Origin: Ruditapes philippinarum | Lineage: Eukaryota | NCBI RefSeq assembly: GCF_026571515.1 | Contig: NW_026865550.1 | Location: 124,001-188,000 of the forward strand | DNA length: 64,000 bases | Reading direction: 5' to 3' | Part shown: positions 38,730 through 52,114 of the stretch, piece by piece | Numbering within the stretch: the first letter of the stretch is position 1 | Layout of the letters: every line of letters begins with the position of its first letter | Translations under genes and position numbers: made by a program | The notes under the pieces: model-generated | What the model saw: only the letters and a program-made list of their open reading frames with translations | Told to the model about the DNA's origin: nothing | The model's database searches: none

Positions 38730-39280
38730 CACGTGGATTCATTTAAAACAGGTCGAGAGATCAAATAAGTCCGAGGGCTTCCGCATATGTTACTGCGCGA
38801 AAAAAGGTTCATCGGTAGTTTAAGTCTAAATCGGTTCCATGATCTATTTTAAGTATTTTCGTCATGCTTTCCACGTGCTAGTGACATTGCACGTGGCGCC
38901 CTGAGTCACACATATCTAAAACAACGTGCAAAAACGATGATTTTATCCGTCAATGCACCATTTCCTCCCTTGCGCTCGCCGTTTTTATGCAAGAATAACT
39001 TCCTATGTGTAGTCTCTTATAGCACATATTCGAATGACATTATGTGCAATATTTCAATGTTATTAGATTGTGTTACTAAAAATACATGATAATGAGACTT
39101 TTATAAAATATCTTAATATGTTATATACATTATTCATATTGATAATTATTTTAACATAATTTTGTAATCATTTAACTTAACAAACAAAAAATATGCTATT
39201 ATATATCTATCTATGTTTTAAAATGGCCCAAGGGTAAAAATTAGAATTGACTTTGTTTTTAATAAACCTACACACACGTG
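38730..39280. promoter_or_regulatory. CACGTG E-box cluster plus AP-1 site upstream of the GPCR CDS
   Basis: CACGTG at 38730, 38872, 38890 and 39275; TGAGTCA at 38902. Confidence 0.45.
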
Positions 39281-39779
39281 ATGTTGAATTTTGATTTTAA
39301 ATTGGACGAAAATATTGAAACACATGTTTTCAAAGGTAGAACTGAGGCATAAATCTTAATACATAATCTTCAGAATACAATGTATTGAGGAAGGGGAGCG
39401 AAGCGAGCGAACGTGGTAAAGCTATCTGAAATTAAATTTTCGGTTAAACTGTTAGAATTAATGAACAAAACGTCCGTGTACCATGATACGCTGTAGTTTT
39501 TTTTGTATTTTGGTATTAAAATACCCAAAAACTTTAAATGGTATAGTCCAAACTCAAGTCTGGGTGGATTTTTTCAATAAATTACAAAATAAGATTTAAG
39601 AAATTTTTTTTTTTGCTTTTATACTGATTTTTTTAAAGGTTGCTATTTAAGAAACCTAGGCTGCAAGTTATAAATTTCGTTTTTAGATTTTTAGTATGCA
39701 TACTTATACAGCAATTAAACCTACCATGAATGAAATATATATGATATATACATAGGTGTTTTTTCAGTTTCTTGCCAAT

Positions 39780-41036
39780 ATGGCGTCGCTTACCGAAAAC
39801 CTGACGTCAGCTGATGTCAACCTAACTGACACGTTCTTTCAGAACGGAAGTGATGCTTTCAACGCCAGCACAGGTAACGTGTTGCCACCGAAACCTGGTT
39901 TTGCTGAACTGCAGAATAATTTCTACGTTGCTAGTTATATCCTTACACCAATATTCCTCGGGATAGGCCTGTTTGGAAATGCAGTTACCATCGTAACTAT
40001 GACGTCGAAATCATTTTCAAATATGACGTCACGATACATCCTCATCGCACTTGCGCTGTCTGATACGACCCTTCTGCTTACACAGCCCTTCAACAAGCTG
40101 TTTCTCCGCAAACTGATTGGTTATGACGTAAGGGCTATTTCAGATATCGGTTGTAAAGCGTTCTTTCACATCTTCAAAACAGGGAAAATGACGTCATCAT
40201 GGCTCATCGTTATCCTATGTTTCGAACGTTTTATAGCTGTGGTATTCCCATTTAAAACAAAAACCATCATAACAAAGACCAGTATCCTGACAATGATCGC
40301 ACTTGATTACATATTCATGATCACGTACAATGGCGTCTGGACATTCTCGTCTATCATAGTCGATGGAACTTGTAAACCGGATGTGACGTACCCGGAAACG
40401 AAGGAAAAATACAGAGACTTCCTGCTTGCTGGTTCCTCTTTTTATTCTTTGATCCCAATGGTGATAATGGCACTTCTGACTCCGGTCATTGTGGTGAAAC
40501 TTTTGATGCAGAGGAATAAAAGGAAGCAGTTAGCAGGCGGTGCTTCAGGGGATAAAGCTGATAAAGAGACGCTACGAATATCCTTCATGCTGATCGGCAT
40601 TGTCGTTGCCTACGTTGCGTTGGTGCTGCCTATCACCATTGTTCACAATCTAGCTTTCTGGAGAAATGTCAGCGCATTCGATGTAAACACGAAAAGTTTC
40701 TTCATTCTGCGAGAGATGGCCCAGATCCTAGAACAGCTCAATTATTCTATTAACTTCTTTCTTTACGTACTATGCTCGTCAAAATTCAGAGAGCGCGTGT
40801 TACAGATTTTGGGTCTTAACAAGTGTATTGAGAAAATTACTTCGGGTTCATCATCTTCTAAAACCAAGTCTACATCCGTGAACAAGCCAACGTCTGTGTT
40901 GCAAAATTCGGCCTCCGGTTCTGCCCAAACGCCACAGAATACTGATGGAAGCAATAACGGCAGTTCAAAACTAGCTTCGCCAGAGCAGGTCGTGATAGAG
41001 CAAGAGAAAGAAAAACCTGACGAAATCACTAACTGA
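39780..41036 (+). CDS. Class A (rhodopsin-like) peptide-type orphan GPCR, FMRFamide-receptor-like, 418 aa, single coding exon
   Basis: Seven hydrophobic segments; GLFGN (TM1), LALSD (TM2), ERF (DRY position), NFFLY (TM7); N-terminal N-glycosylation sequons; Ser/Thr-rich tail. A ttttcag acceptor lies just before ATG 39780, so the track's GTG start is intronic. Confidence 0.92.
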   Translation: MASLTENLTSADVNLTDTFFQNGSDAFNASTGNVLPPKPGFAELQNNFYVASYILTPIFLGIGLFGNAVTIVTMTSKSFSNMTSRYILIALALSDTTLLLTQPFNKLFLRKLIGYDVRAISDIGCKAFFHIFKTGKMTSSWLIVILCFERFIAVVFPFKTKTIITKTSILTMIALDYIFMITYNGVWTFSSIIVDGTCKPDVTYPETKEKYRDFLLAGSSFYSLIPMVIMALLTPVIVVKLLMQRNKRKQLAGGASGDKADKETLRISFMLIGIVVAYVALVLPITIVHNLAFWRNVSAFDVNTKSFFILREMAQILEQLNYSINFFLYVLCSSKFRERVLQILGLNKCIEKITSGSSSSKTKSTSVNKPTSVLQNSASGSAQTPQNTDGSNNGSSKLASPEQVVIEQEKEKPDEITN

Positions 41037-43440
41037 TTGTTTAAATGATCACGGTAGGAAAGAACGGGTATATTATAACCCAACATTTCACTGGACGAGT
41101 TATTTCTTTCATTTAGCTTATCAACGCCCGGGAAGGTAACTGGCGTCACATATTGTTTTTAAGTTAACTCGACCTCGATTTGAGGTTTGCCGGAGAGGAC
41201 CAAAAACTGGAATTGATCGTAAACATTGTCGAACCCAACCATGATGTGTAATTCTTTGTTATTTCTTTGTACACCTGCGTCCCGTTTAATTGTAACATAA
41301 CATTTGTATATTATTTTGTATTGTGATATCTTATTTATTAAACTTGTTGTTTGTTTGTTTGCATTTTTTTGGTATTTGATAATAAAACCAGGCAAATATT
41401 CATTGCATAAGCATGCGCGGGACCAGTGGGTGATTTGGCTAGACAGTGTGTGAAACCACTCAGATATTTGGGTAAGTTACGTTTTTCAGGGGAAACACGC
41501 GAAAAATGTGTTGAAAATCAGCCAAATTCACGCACGACCCCCTCTGGAAAACTAGTAAAGTCTCATACCCAACTTGAAATATGTTTACCCTTTTGTTTCC
41601 GCGTCCTATATGTACTCTTGATCAGGGTCTTTCAAATTTGAAAGACGCTGTCTTGATGTATAACGCAATGTTTTACGTCAACCAAAACCTGAACAGCATA
41701 TTTACTGTTGCACATTTAATGTGTTTTAATTATAATATGCTTTAAGTACTCTTATCATGTTATATATACAATTTGTAAGTCGTGCTATACTAAATAACCG
41801 CCACACGTTTCCCCTTTCCTGAATATAAAACAGTCCTCCAGAATAGTCCGATGACAATCTCAATTTATACTGCATAACCCTATCTCTCGTTATACAGCAC
41901 AGTCATTTAAGAAGGTCCATTTGATACGTTGTTTAATGAAATTTCAAATACGATCCGACTTGATTCATTCTATCTCTCGCACGTCAATTATGTTTTGTAT
42001 GTGGTATAATTTAGAATCAGTACCTTTAAAGACATCCCCAATTTGTTAAAAATGTCTCTCTGTTAAAAACGATGGGTGTTCGGTTGGATCATTATAGCCG
42101 GCTCATGTTTAGCATTCGTAAAGATTGCATCAACCCCATTGAATAGGAGTCACGTGGAGAGTTGGCCTGTTTGATTAAATTATCTTTTTATAATCATCCT
42201 TTTGAAGAACATGTTCTTAAATTCTATACTCTCCACATAACATCATAATTAACGATACAAGAACGTTTCAATAACAAAAAATTGTGTGTCAAGAAATCCA
42301 AATAACTTGGGCGTATTAAGTACCTGTACTGTATTGTCGATGATTGTTCGGCGCTGCGACTGTAAAGCTAATGAATATCAATTTGTCTTTTAAGGCGCCC
42401 TTTCGTCTGTTGGTTTAAACAGTAGCGAACCACGGGCCCTCCCACTTCAAACTCAACTTGTGAATACACCTTAAACACTAGAGGTTGCTTATCCTTTGGG
42501 TACCAATTTACTGGAGACGCTCATAGACAAATTAAGAGGGCAAACAGTCGGAAATTTGTGTTATCTTATTAAAACTGTCTCTGAATAAAATGGTAGCTTT
42601 ATATATGAATGGGCCCCTTTCAGAATATGATACAGAAGAATAATCCCTACCGGAAATTAATAATTCATACAGGAAAATGACATTTACTCATATACAATGT
42701 ATAAAAAATGAGAAAAATTTAAAAAGACTTTTAATTGATTTTTTTTTTATGAAATATGAATATTTTATTGAATATGGCACATCTGACAGCCGTTCTAATC
42801 AACTGCGTGATTTATTTGTAAATTGTAATTCGATTAATTAAAATCTTCTATTTCTAAAAATATCCTTCATATTGTCATGACTATGATAAAAAAGATGTTT
42901 AAAGAATGTATTTGAAATAATAACTTTAAAACAACATTTCATAAAAAATATCATTATTAAATTCTTTATATCCAATTGAAAAGCTATAAATACGTTTTTA
43001 TTTACAGAAATTATCAAGACAAAAACATTATAAATGATCAATAAGTAAAAATATAAACATAAAAAACATATAAACTGAAATATTAAATTATCTCTCAGCA
43101 TTCTTTTCCAACATAGAACGTTGATGAATTTACAGCACCTCTTTACGCACTCTAAACACTCTTGTCAAAAGCCACCTTCGTAATAATGGCCAAACAAATG
43201 AAACCTGTCAACATAAGTCTTTATTTATTCACCATCTTATGATGCTGGAGAATCAGCTATTTTATGAGAATTCGTTTAGGCAAAGATAAATTTTCAAATC
43301 CCCAAGACTGGTCTATATTGTCAGGTTTGACGGTATTTGCCAATAAATTCTTTCGTTACGGACAATATATACGAATACAGTATCTGCTGAAATGAATTTC
43401 TAATGTATAAATTGTAAATGAAATAGGAAAAAGGTCACAT

Positions 43441-43851
43441 TCAAAGAAGGTACTTCCTTTCCAAATGTTCCATATGCTCTCGCGCTCGTAGCCGCAGAGA
43501 AGCTATGCTTGAATTTCGCGGATCTCCGTCGTCCATTCGGGAGATTCCGCCAAACAGATTTTGTATTGCCGTACTGACGTTCGATGACGAAGTTCCTGAA
43601 AATGTCTGAGATGTTAGAAACTGAGCATAAGCTGCATTTTGATTGGCTGGCGGAGGAGTGATCTGTAGCTGCGTATTAGGACTTAAATTATTGGTTGTTA
43701 GTTGTGACGTCATCCACGGATCCAATGGTAGGACGGAATTAGACGGTCTGCTTGTAACGGAAGTTAAAGGAAAACTCTCGGATAGTTTGAAACTTGCATT
43801 CTCGAGTTTTTCTTGTCGGCGCCATTTTGCTCTTCTATTTTGAAACCATAC
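43441..43851 (-). CDS. Rx: Retinal homeobox exon 3: VWFQNRRAKWRRQEK, Rx domain (LPLDPWM) and OAR domain
   Basis: tttcag acceptor; OAR RNSSIASLRLRAREH; TGA at 43443-43441; 290 aa in total. Confidence 0.96.
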   Translation of the reverse strand, partial: VWFQNRRAKWRRQEKLENASFKLSESFPLTSVTSRPSNSVLPLDPWMTSQLTTNNLSPNTQLQITPPPANQNAAYAQFLTSQTFSGTSSSNVSTAIQNLFGGISRMDDGDPRNSSIASLRLRAREHMEHLERKYLL

Positions 43852-46800
43852 CTGAAATGAATGCGAGCCTATGTGTAATTAATATAGACGACATCTTAAA
43901 CACACACTCACAACCAACAACAACAACAACAACAAACGTTTATATGCCATTTGCTATGCTTAAACTATGTTTAAACGAAGAGTAACAGAACAACCCTAAT
44001 CTGATTTACTTAATTAATCATAAAGATCGTTTTACTTCACTCAGTTTAAGAAGATAACTTTAAAAAATGTCATTCATGTAATATAATGTTATTTTATTAG
44101 AATAGCTACTAGTATATGAAACAAGTGTCTCTTCTGTTGGTCGTTTTTACCACAAGAAAGAAATTATGATTGGATAGAATTAAATTATGAATCGTTAATC
44201 TGATATTTGTTGATTCTTTGTTCCAACCATTGTCTTTTCATATTAAGATCGATAAAGCTAATTTCTTACCACTTTGAAAAAAAAATGAAGAAGAAGAAGA
44301 AAAAAGGTTTTATTTATATTTTATTTATATACATATTTATTTTGTGTTAACTTTGTTACTGTGGTTCAAAATGAATCGTTAAAACCACAGACTTATAATA
44401 CAGATATAGCTCTTTGTTAAAACGTACTTTAGAGAATATTCAAAGTTCTAGTTCATTAATTATTCATATAAAGATGAGATTAGGAAAAAGGACATAATCA
44501 TGAAAGGTAAGAAAAGATTGTTTTTGCTTATTAAACATCATAAAATTCTATATCAAGTAAAAATTAGAGTACTAATTATTTGTCATTATTTCTGCAGTTG
44601 CTTTTCTTCAGAATAAAATAAAAAGTCCAGCCTTTGTCCAGACTAAAAATAAAGTTCAGATGTCCTAATAGTCATATATAAACGCCCCGCCCCCTTTTAA
44701 AAAATGTTATCTCAGGTCAACATATAATACAGAAGGCTTGTAAACTAGGTTTTATCTTTTTTATTTGTACTATTAATATCGAATTATCAAATGTTGAGAG
44801 ACTCGTATTTATGGACAAGACTATGAGTACTTGTTCATTAACTTCATTCAAATATAGTTGATAATATCATAATGGCTGACTTGTTTGAACTAGTGGGCTA
44901 GTAAACGACGTGGTAAGGCTTAATTAACTGTCTTTTAAAAGCCTCTTCAGTCTTATTTTAGCTTTTCAATGACCCGGAATCATTTTCCGACTGTTAAGCG
45001 TTCAAATGTATAATTGCTATTCTCTAAATACGATACAGCGTTAGAGCTGTATCCCCGCCCACCATTGTTACGCGGCGATAAGCGCCCCGGGCGCAACACA
45101 ACGGGTACCACTCCAGCTGTATTGGACACTTGCGCGTAAAAAAATCACAGGGACTTGTGATATGATAAAAAAAGTTATGCTTTTGGATCGAAAAGCATTA
45201 TAGTGACTGATCAATTAGTCCGTACTGATGTAACGGCCCGAGACCGAAGCTGAAGGCTGAGGTCTGTTTAATGTTTGAGACTTGACTGTGACGCCACTAT
45301 TGTGCCATTAAGCCCGAAGTTCTGTATGCTATTTCTTATATTATACCGCGCTTTACTAAAAATGAGAGTTCGTTGTAAAAATAAATCATAATTAGTATCT
45401 ATATAACAACATGTCTGGTAATATGAACTGAAAACTTTTGGAAGTCAGCCTGTATGATGCCGGCTTTGTAAAATCTTCTTTGCGGTATCTACACTACTTA
45501 ATTTTAGCGATCCTGTAAAAATATAATTGTGCCCGCTCAGGCAGTCACTATGCGTTTTGTCGGACCCCTGACGTCACCGAAAATATCATATTATCTAAAG
45601 GCCCGCTGGTACTTATTTAAGTAAACAAAGAAGGAACCCATTTTTAGGGTATATCAATTCATGATAAACAGATGTATATTTTTAAGTGTTGTTTAAAACC
45701 GTTTCTCTTCATTAAAAAAATGATACAAACACCATTATATAACACGCCTTTACCGATATTTTTATTCATTTCTTAGCAATGAAAAGAGAAGGAAAAAACT
45801 TCCCAAAAACTAAATATGCCCATTTGATTTAGTCGTGATTAATAATATCAAACAATGAACTAGGGAGTGTCAAACCCCTGTGAAAATTCCAGAGACTCGC
45901 CAATAAAGCATCAATAAAGATGTTTGACTCGCGAGGTAAAGTCTAAATTGTTGACAGAGACCAGACAAATTAGGAAGGATTTTGCAAATTTATATTATTA
46001 CAACCAACAGTATTAATTTGGAATTTGAGATGCATAAAGCAAATTTCATTATCCGTGCCTTTTAGTAAATTACCGTATAAGAATCAATTAAGACTTCTTG
46101 AAACCGGGCTTGTCTAGCCGTGGAGATGGGATGATAGGGAATCTAAAAGGGGGCTTTCTTTATCTCATTACAAGCCCATTAGCTCATTAGTGAAACCATA
46201 ATCTGTTGAAGTATTTGATTTACAAATTTGACATCTTCAGCGCGAAAACGAAAATTAAATCATTGTGAAAAAAGGGCGGAGGGGAAATTCTTGGTTTGTA
46301 GTTAGCTTTCATAAACAATGGAGGATATTTCTTCTGTTATTGTGGGATTATTTGGGATGAATTGAAGTCATAATTTCACTTAAAACATTTCATGTATAAA
46401 GTATGACATCATGTAATGAATTATCAATGCATTTTTTATAATATTATCGTGTAACTTATTCGAAAATAAATGACATATTTTTTTTTTGATATTCAACCAT
46501 AGAAATAGAACAAACCGCTATACTGTTAATTTTGTCTTTGTTTATGTTCCGCAGACATAACTTTTTGTGGTATACCGGCCTACATATTATGTGTTGACAA
46601 AAACAAAATATCTAAACTTAAATGACCAGAGAAAAATTGAAAAAGGTAACAAAACAAACTAAAAAATAGGACATTGTAATGTATTCAATTTAAGAGTTTG
46701 AAAGAATCGTCTTTTGAAGGTTTTTGTAACAAATACTGAGTTAAATTATGACCACTTCTATCTAATACATAATAATCTGGAAACAAAGTGATCCCTCGGA

Positions 46801-48097
46801 AGCATTAATCACAACAAAATTACATGAAAATTGCAGATTCGGTTTGATTGAGTCTGTACATCATGTACATAAGGAATAATGAATGAGTGCGACATCCCTC
46901 AAGCACCCTAGCACCGGCTTGAGGTTAATTTAGCCAAAAAATGCTAAATTTTCGCAAACGAGACTTATTACGTCATAGACATCTTTTGTATTTGCAATGT
47001 TGAAAACATCGGATCTTCCCGTATGCTTCCGATAAAAGGCCTCGTACGTAGGGCACTAGAACCCAAAGAGGCAATGTTCGTTCGCGAGAAAGTAAAAAAT
47101 GATAAATCCCTCCGTATTTATAATATTCCTTTTTTTATGATGTCTTCTGTCATTTTTTCAATTGACCCGATTGATATTAAAGGAAAACATTAAATAGTGC
47201 TTTGTAATTGACATCATAACATAAACAAACACACAAACTGGCGGAATCATATTACTGAAATAGTTCCAATATGTTGCCTTATTATGTCAGAAGTCTATTG
47301 CAAAGCATAACAGCCGAGGAGATCAGATTGTTGCGTTTTGCCCATTAATAAAGTTAAAGTGATTTAAAATATTGTATGAAGAAAAAAATTACTACTTTGT
47401 TTACATTTTGCTATTTCTCTGACAACAAATTAGGTCATATTTAACAGTGCTTACTATACGTGGTAAATATGTAACATGCTCTAAATCCATTATTTAGGTG
47501 TTATTACAAACATGATTGCCTTTTCTTCACAAGAAAAAATGGTAATCATTTTTAAGGCTTAATGTGCCTTCAACACATTTCCATCTTTATTGCAAAGCCT
47601 CAGAAATTAAGGTGAACGAGTTTATACAAAATCGTAATTAAGAAGTACGAAAAACCAAAAATAATACAAACAAAATAAACGTTATTAATTAATTAAATTA
47701 ATATAAATTTTAAAAGGTTGATCACCACATTGCCATTGAGTTCATACATATTTGAATCAGTAAACGTGAAAGTCTAGCACGAGAATGAAAGAAAGGCGCG
47801 TAATGTCTATGTTGCGCTATCGAAAGAACATATTTGAGGTTTTCATGATATTTTGATGTGCACATTTGATGTGCTAAAAATAACACAATTGCTACTCAGA
47901 AACCGATAACGATTTTTTTTTACTTTTCCATAATTTTTATATACTTTCATGCTAATTGAGAAGTTGATATAGGGTTTGATTTAATTCATGCTTACTGTAA
48001 TCAGTTTTGATCGAATATGTATGACTTGCTTGCAACTTGGGGTACCAAATCATTCGTGCTTTCAGCGCTTTGATTAGCATATATGTTTCTAACCTAC

Positions 48098-48333
48098 CTG
48101 AACTCGGACCTCTGGGAGATTTATTTTTAGTGCAAGTTCTTCACGGCTGTATACATCCGGGTAATGTGATTTCTCAAACGCTCGTTCAAGCTCGTGCAGT
48201 TGATATGTCGTAAAAGTAGTTCGATTGCGTCTGGTCTTCTTGCGGGCCTCAGATTCTTCCGCTTCGGTCACGTGTTTTTCTCTCTTTCGTTGCATCTGGT
48301 CTTTGGACGAAGGTGAATACAGTTTTGGTTGCT
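48098..48333 (-). CDS. Rx: Retinal homeobox exon 2, N-terminal part of the homeodomain
   Basis: [43 protein letters not shown] is diagnostic of Rx; typical paired-class intron between Q and VWF. Confidence 0.97.
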
Positions 48334-49224
48334 CTAGAAATAAATTTTAAAACTTAATTCAAACACATCAGCATATGCAGCTTTTTTTTTTATTTGAATA
48401 CTTTTTGTGAGTGATTGTACCAAAACATATCATATTGATTTATGCCACTTGACCTTTTTGATATACTTTTGTAACTGTTTTTATTAAATCAACACATTTG
48501 TGTGTTCTGTATTTTAGAAAAACTGATTTTGCTAATCTTTAAAACCCAAAAGTCCGAGTCCTTTAGAAGTTACAGACAACACGTAAATAATATTTGCATT
48601 TCAGAAAAAGCAACGAGGAAATCTTTTGTTTTGAAACATATTATAGAAACCATTTTACCTCTATTTACATTCTAAAAATAGAAATATTCTTTCATTAAAT
48701 AATTGAAAATTTTTACCACTATAATTTTAATGAAGTATTGTTACATATATTTGTTTGAAAAAAAACTGAAATAATTTGCAGTTTTGAAAAGTTGAAATAA
48801 AATTAAATGAAAACGAAAAATATGTAATATCATATTCAGGAGTACAGTCTGGGATATGAATACTACCCTTTTCTTTTGGTATTTTTATTTTAAAACATTT
48901 TATGAACATAATTTCTAATAATATAAAATTTATCCTTTTTTCTAGAAAACAGTTACAAATATGTGGCTTTACTTTTACGCGATAAAAAATCAGATCTATT
49001 AAAAAATCAAATCTGCTCAATACAACGCCTCTTGATATTTACATTTAAAAGAAATAATCATATATCCACTTTAGACAAGGTTATATCCATCCTTGAAATT
49101 CTTTGTTAAACATGTTTTGAGTAACACCCAATTTTACCCAGCAAGTTTAACACCCGAAAAGGCATTATATTATTAAACTCCTCAAAACTATATCATTACT
49201 TGATGTTTGCTTAGAAACATTTAA

Positions 49225-49546
49225 AGCTGCATACCCCCAGGTTCGTGCTCATTCTCATGACAATTCCGAGTGAACAAAGAAGTTAATCTATACATTACAA
49301 ACGGCGCAAACAATCCACGTAAATTTCCAAGAAGAGGTCAAAATATGCCGAAATAGCCCCTAACTGCATTAGCCATGCAGTAGGATCATGGTTATAAATA
49401 CTGCAAAATCAAATCAGTCATTAATTGCACATAACATGTAAATTATTACTTGAACCTTTAATCTTTTTACTTTTTTAAATATCAGTACAATTATCTCAAA
49501 TTTGATTTTCTTGAAAATATCTTGGCTCATCTGGAGGTATGCAGCT
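49225..49546. mobile_element. Kolobok-type MITE family B copy in Rx intron 1
   Basis: ttaa-agctgcatacc...ggtatgcagct-ttaa. Confidence 0.75.
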
Positions 49547-51888
49547 TTAAAGATACCGAGGTGATGATAGGTTGATTAGCAGCTTTTAAATCGTAGCATC
49601 GATATTTGTATCAAAATAATGGCCTGTATAACTACATGTATTATACGATAATTGTATCCTAAAATCATCGTAGATTTAGAACTAGCTATCTCTTTAATTT
49701 GTACTTATATGCTCCTTGAGGAAAACTTCCAATTCACCATTGGTCATTGTTCTATGAATGCGCGAGTTTAAAATTGAATGAAAAAATACCTAAGGTTACA
49801 CCCGCTATTTATTTATTTATTTACATATATTTACATGAATACACAAATATAAACATGTATAATTTCTTTCAGTAAACAGTCATAATAATAATACTTAAAC
49901 ATTTGAACAACTGAATCATTTTGGGAAAGAAATTTTAGATGCATCGAGGTCAGTACTTATAAATGATATAAGGGTATGCATCATACATAGGTTAAAATAC
50001 TTTAACAAAATAGCAAATTAAATTAATTTGTACCTTAAGTTTGTTAAAAAAAAGTTACGTTTAATGTTTCATGAATTTTAAAGACGAAGTTATTGTCACC
50101 TGATACTTAGGGCGGAGAAAGAACACAAACTGTAATATCAAAATATTGAATAGTCATTTCAATTATTTACGTGGAAAATAATTTCTATTATTGATGAAAC
50201 CGAAAAGAAAATCTTATTAATAAAAATGTTTGCTCTCTTTAAAATATGTACTTGATGTGGGATTCATTTAGAGCACACGCCGAAAAAAAAGTGTATTTAT
50301 TTTACGACCACAAAATGGCATTTCTATTTCAACCGTTGTACAACAAATATGAGAGAGAGAGAGAAAGAAAATGCAGTTGTGTAAATTATACATGTATATC
50401 ATGTATTATATAAAGAATTAATGAATGCGCTTACTTACGTTTGAAATATTTACATTTGCTTAAGACCATGATATATTTAATACTATAATGTGTATATATG
50501 TGTAAATATGTTTTTTTTTGTATATTTGGGTTACCTGGTTTCTATATGAATCCAAATTGAAATTAGTTCAATACAAAATAATACAATATAAACCGGAAAT
50601 ATATCAACATTTACACCCGTACAGACGGACATTCATGCATTCTAGGCTGGCAGGTCAGTTTGCATTTCGATAGTGAAATTCCTTGAAGTTCCAATTCAAA
50701 ATAAAGCTGTCAACCACACTTTTACAGCAGATTAAAAGATACAATAAGTTGTACAGCAGCAAACGAAAAAGAAGAAAAAAAGAAAAAATAAAACAAGGTA
50801 ATTTAAGTTATTAAGAATTTGACGATGATTGTTTATATTTTTTCTTCGTGTAATCTGTACCTCGTTCCTTGAATCACTATCGTTGCTATTAAAAAATAAG
50901 CTGGACTACTTTATGTATGTATACTCCTTATATAGTATTATCTTAAATAAAGTAACTACAACATAATCACGAGTTTAAAAATATATAACAATAAAAAGAA
51001 ATCTACACAAAAGTATTAATTATTATAATAATTATAATAAAACATGAAAATGATTTTTTTTTTCAATGTAAACATTATGTTTTCAACACCATCATTTGCA
51101 TCAGACATTGCCTTGAGAAAATAGGACGCAAACCCATCACAATTAAACGAAAAACGCATTTTTAAAATTATTTTCAGTTTTGTTTTAAACATGCTTTAAA
51201 CGTATCCATGACGTATTAATTAGTTGTGTGGTACCCTTTTTCTAGAAAAAAAAACAATACATTCTTGCCAAACTAAATTATCACACTTCCATGACGATAT
51301 AGTTTTAGATTAAGGGTTAAAGTTTGTCCTCACCCTAAAACTTCAGCTGTATACGAAGGAGAAGTTGCAAAAAAAATACAGCGCTCCTCTAAAGCGATGA
51401 TAAGTTAAACAAATAAACAAACAAAACAATTGTATATTTTTCACTTGGACACTAGTCGTAAATGTTTAAGCTTGTACATTCTCAAATTGTATGGACCTTT
51501 GCCTACATTTAATCTGGGAAGGGTCAACTCTCTTAGTTAAAATTTGTTGTTCCACCCTTTTGCTTTTTATGAACAACTAAAAACATCCATGTAAATATTG
51601 TAAATTTACTTGTAAATGTTTTGTCTTATGTAAGCATGTGACATTGTATCTGTTTTGTATAGAAATAAAGAAATGCAATAAAATATGATTAAACTAAATA
51701 TAACCTGTTCCAAAGAAATAAACCGCCCGACTTCATCTTGTCTTTTATACTTAAGAAAGAACTGGTTCTGAAAGATTAAAAACGCCTTCATGTTTTAATA
51801 ATGGTATTTACTTGGACGCCAATTTAATGCAAATCATATTTGTTGTGTTGTGGAGTTGTTTTGTAACATTTAATATGTAATTAATTAC

Positions 51889-52114
51889 CTGATTCTTTTT
51901 TGTGTTTCTGTAGTGAGTCACCATGGCCATTCAGAGGTATGCCGTGTCCAAAACCCTTCTGCGGTTTTAAATCCAAGGTTTTTTCCATATAGCCTTTAGG
52001 ATCAAGAGGAAATCTTCGGACATACTGTTGCCCATACATGGCCGTTTCTGTGCCACCTAGCAATGCGTCGATACTGTGAAATGCCGGAAATTGGTTCCCA
52101 GCACTAGTAGCCAT
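51889..52114 (-). CDS. Rx: Retinal homeobox exon 1 with octapeptide/eh1 (FHSIDALLG)
   Basis: HSIDALLG matches the Rx octapeptide; gtaat donor, phase 1. Confidence 0.88.

Noticed and set aside
40763-41149. 128-aa minus-strand ORF
   Set aside because: Antisense shadow of the GPCR C-terminus; non-ATG start; no motif
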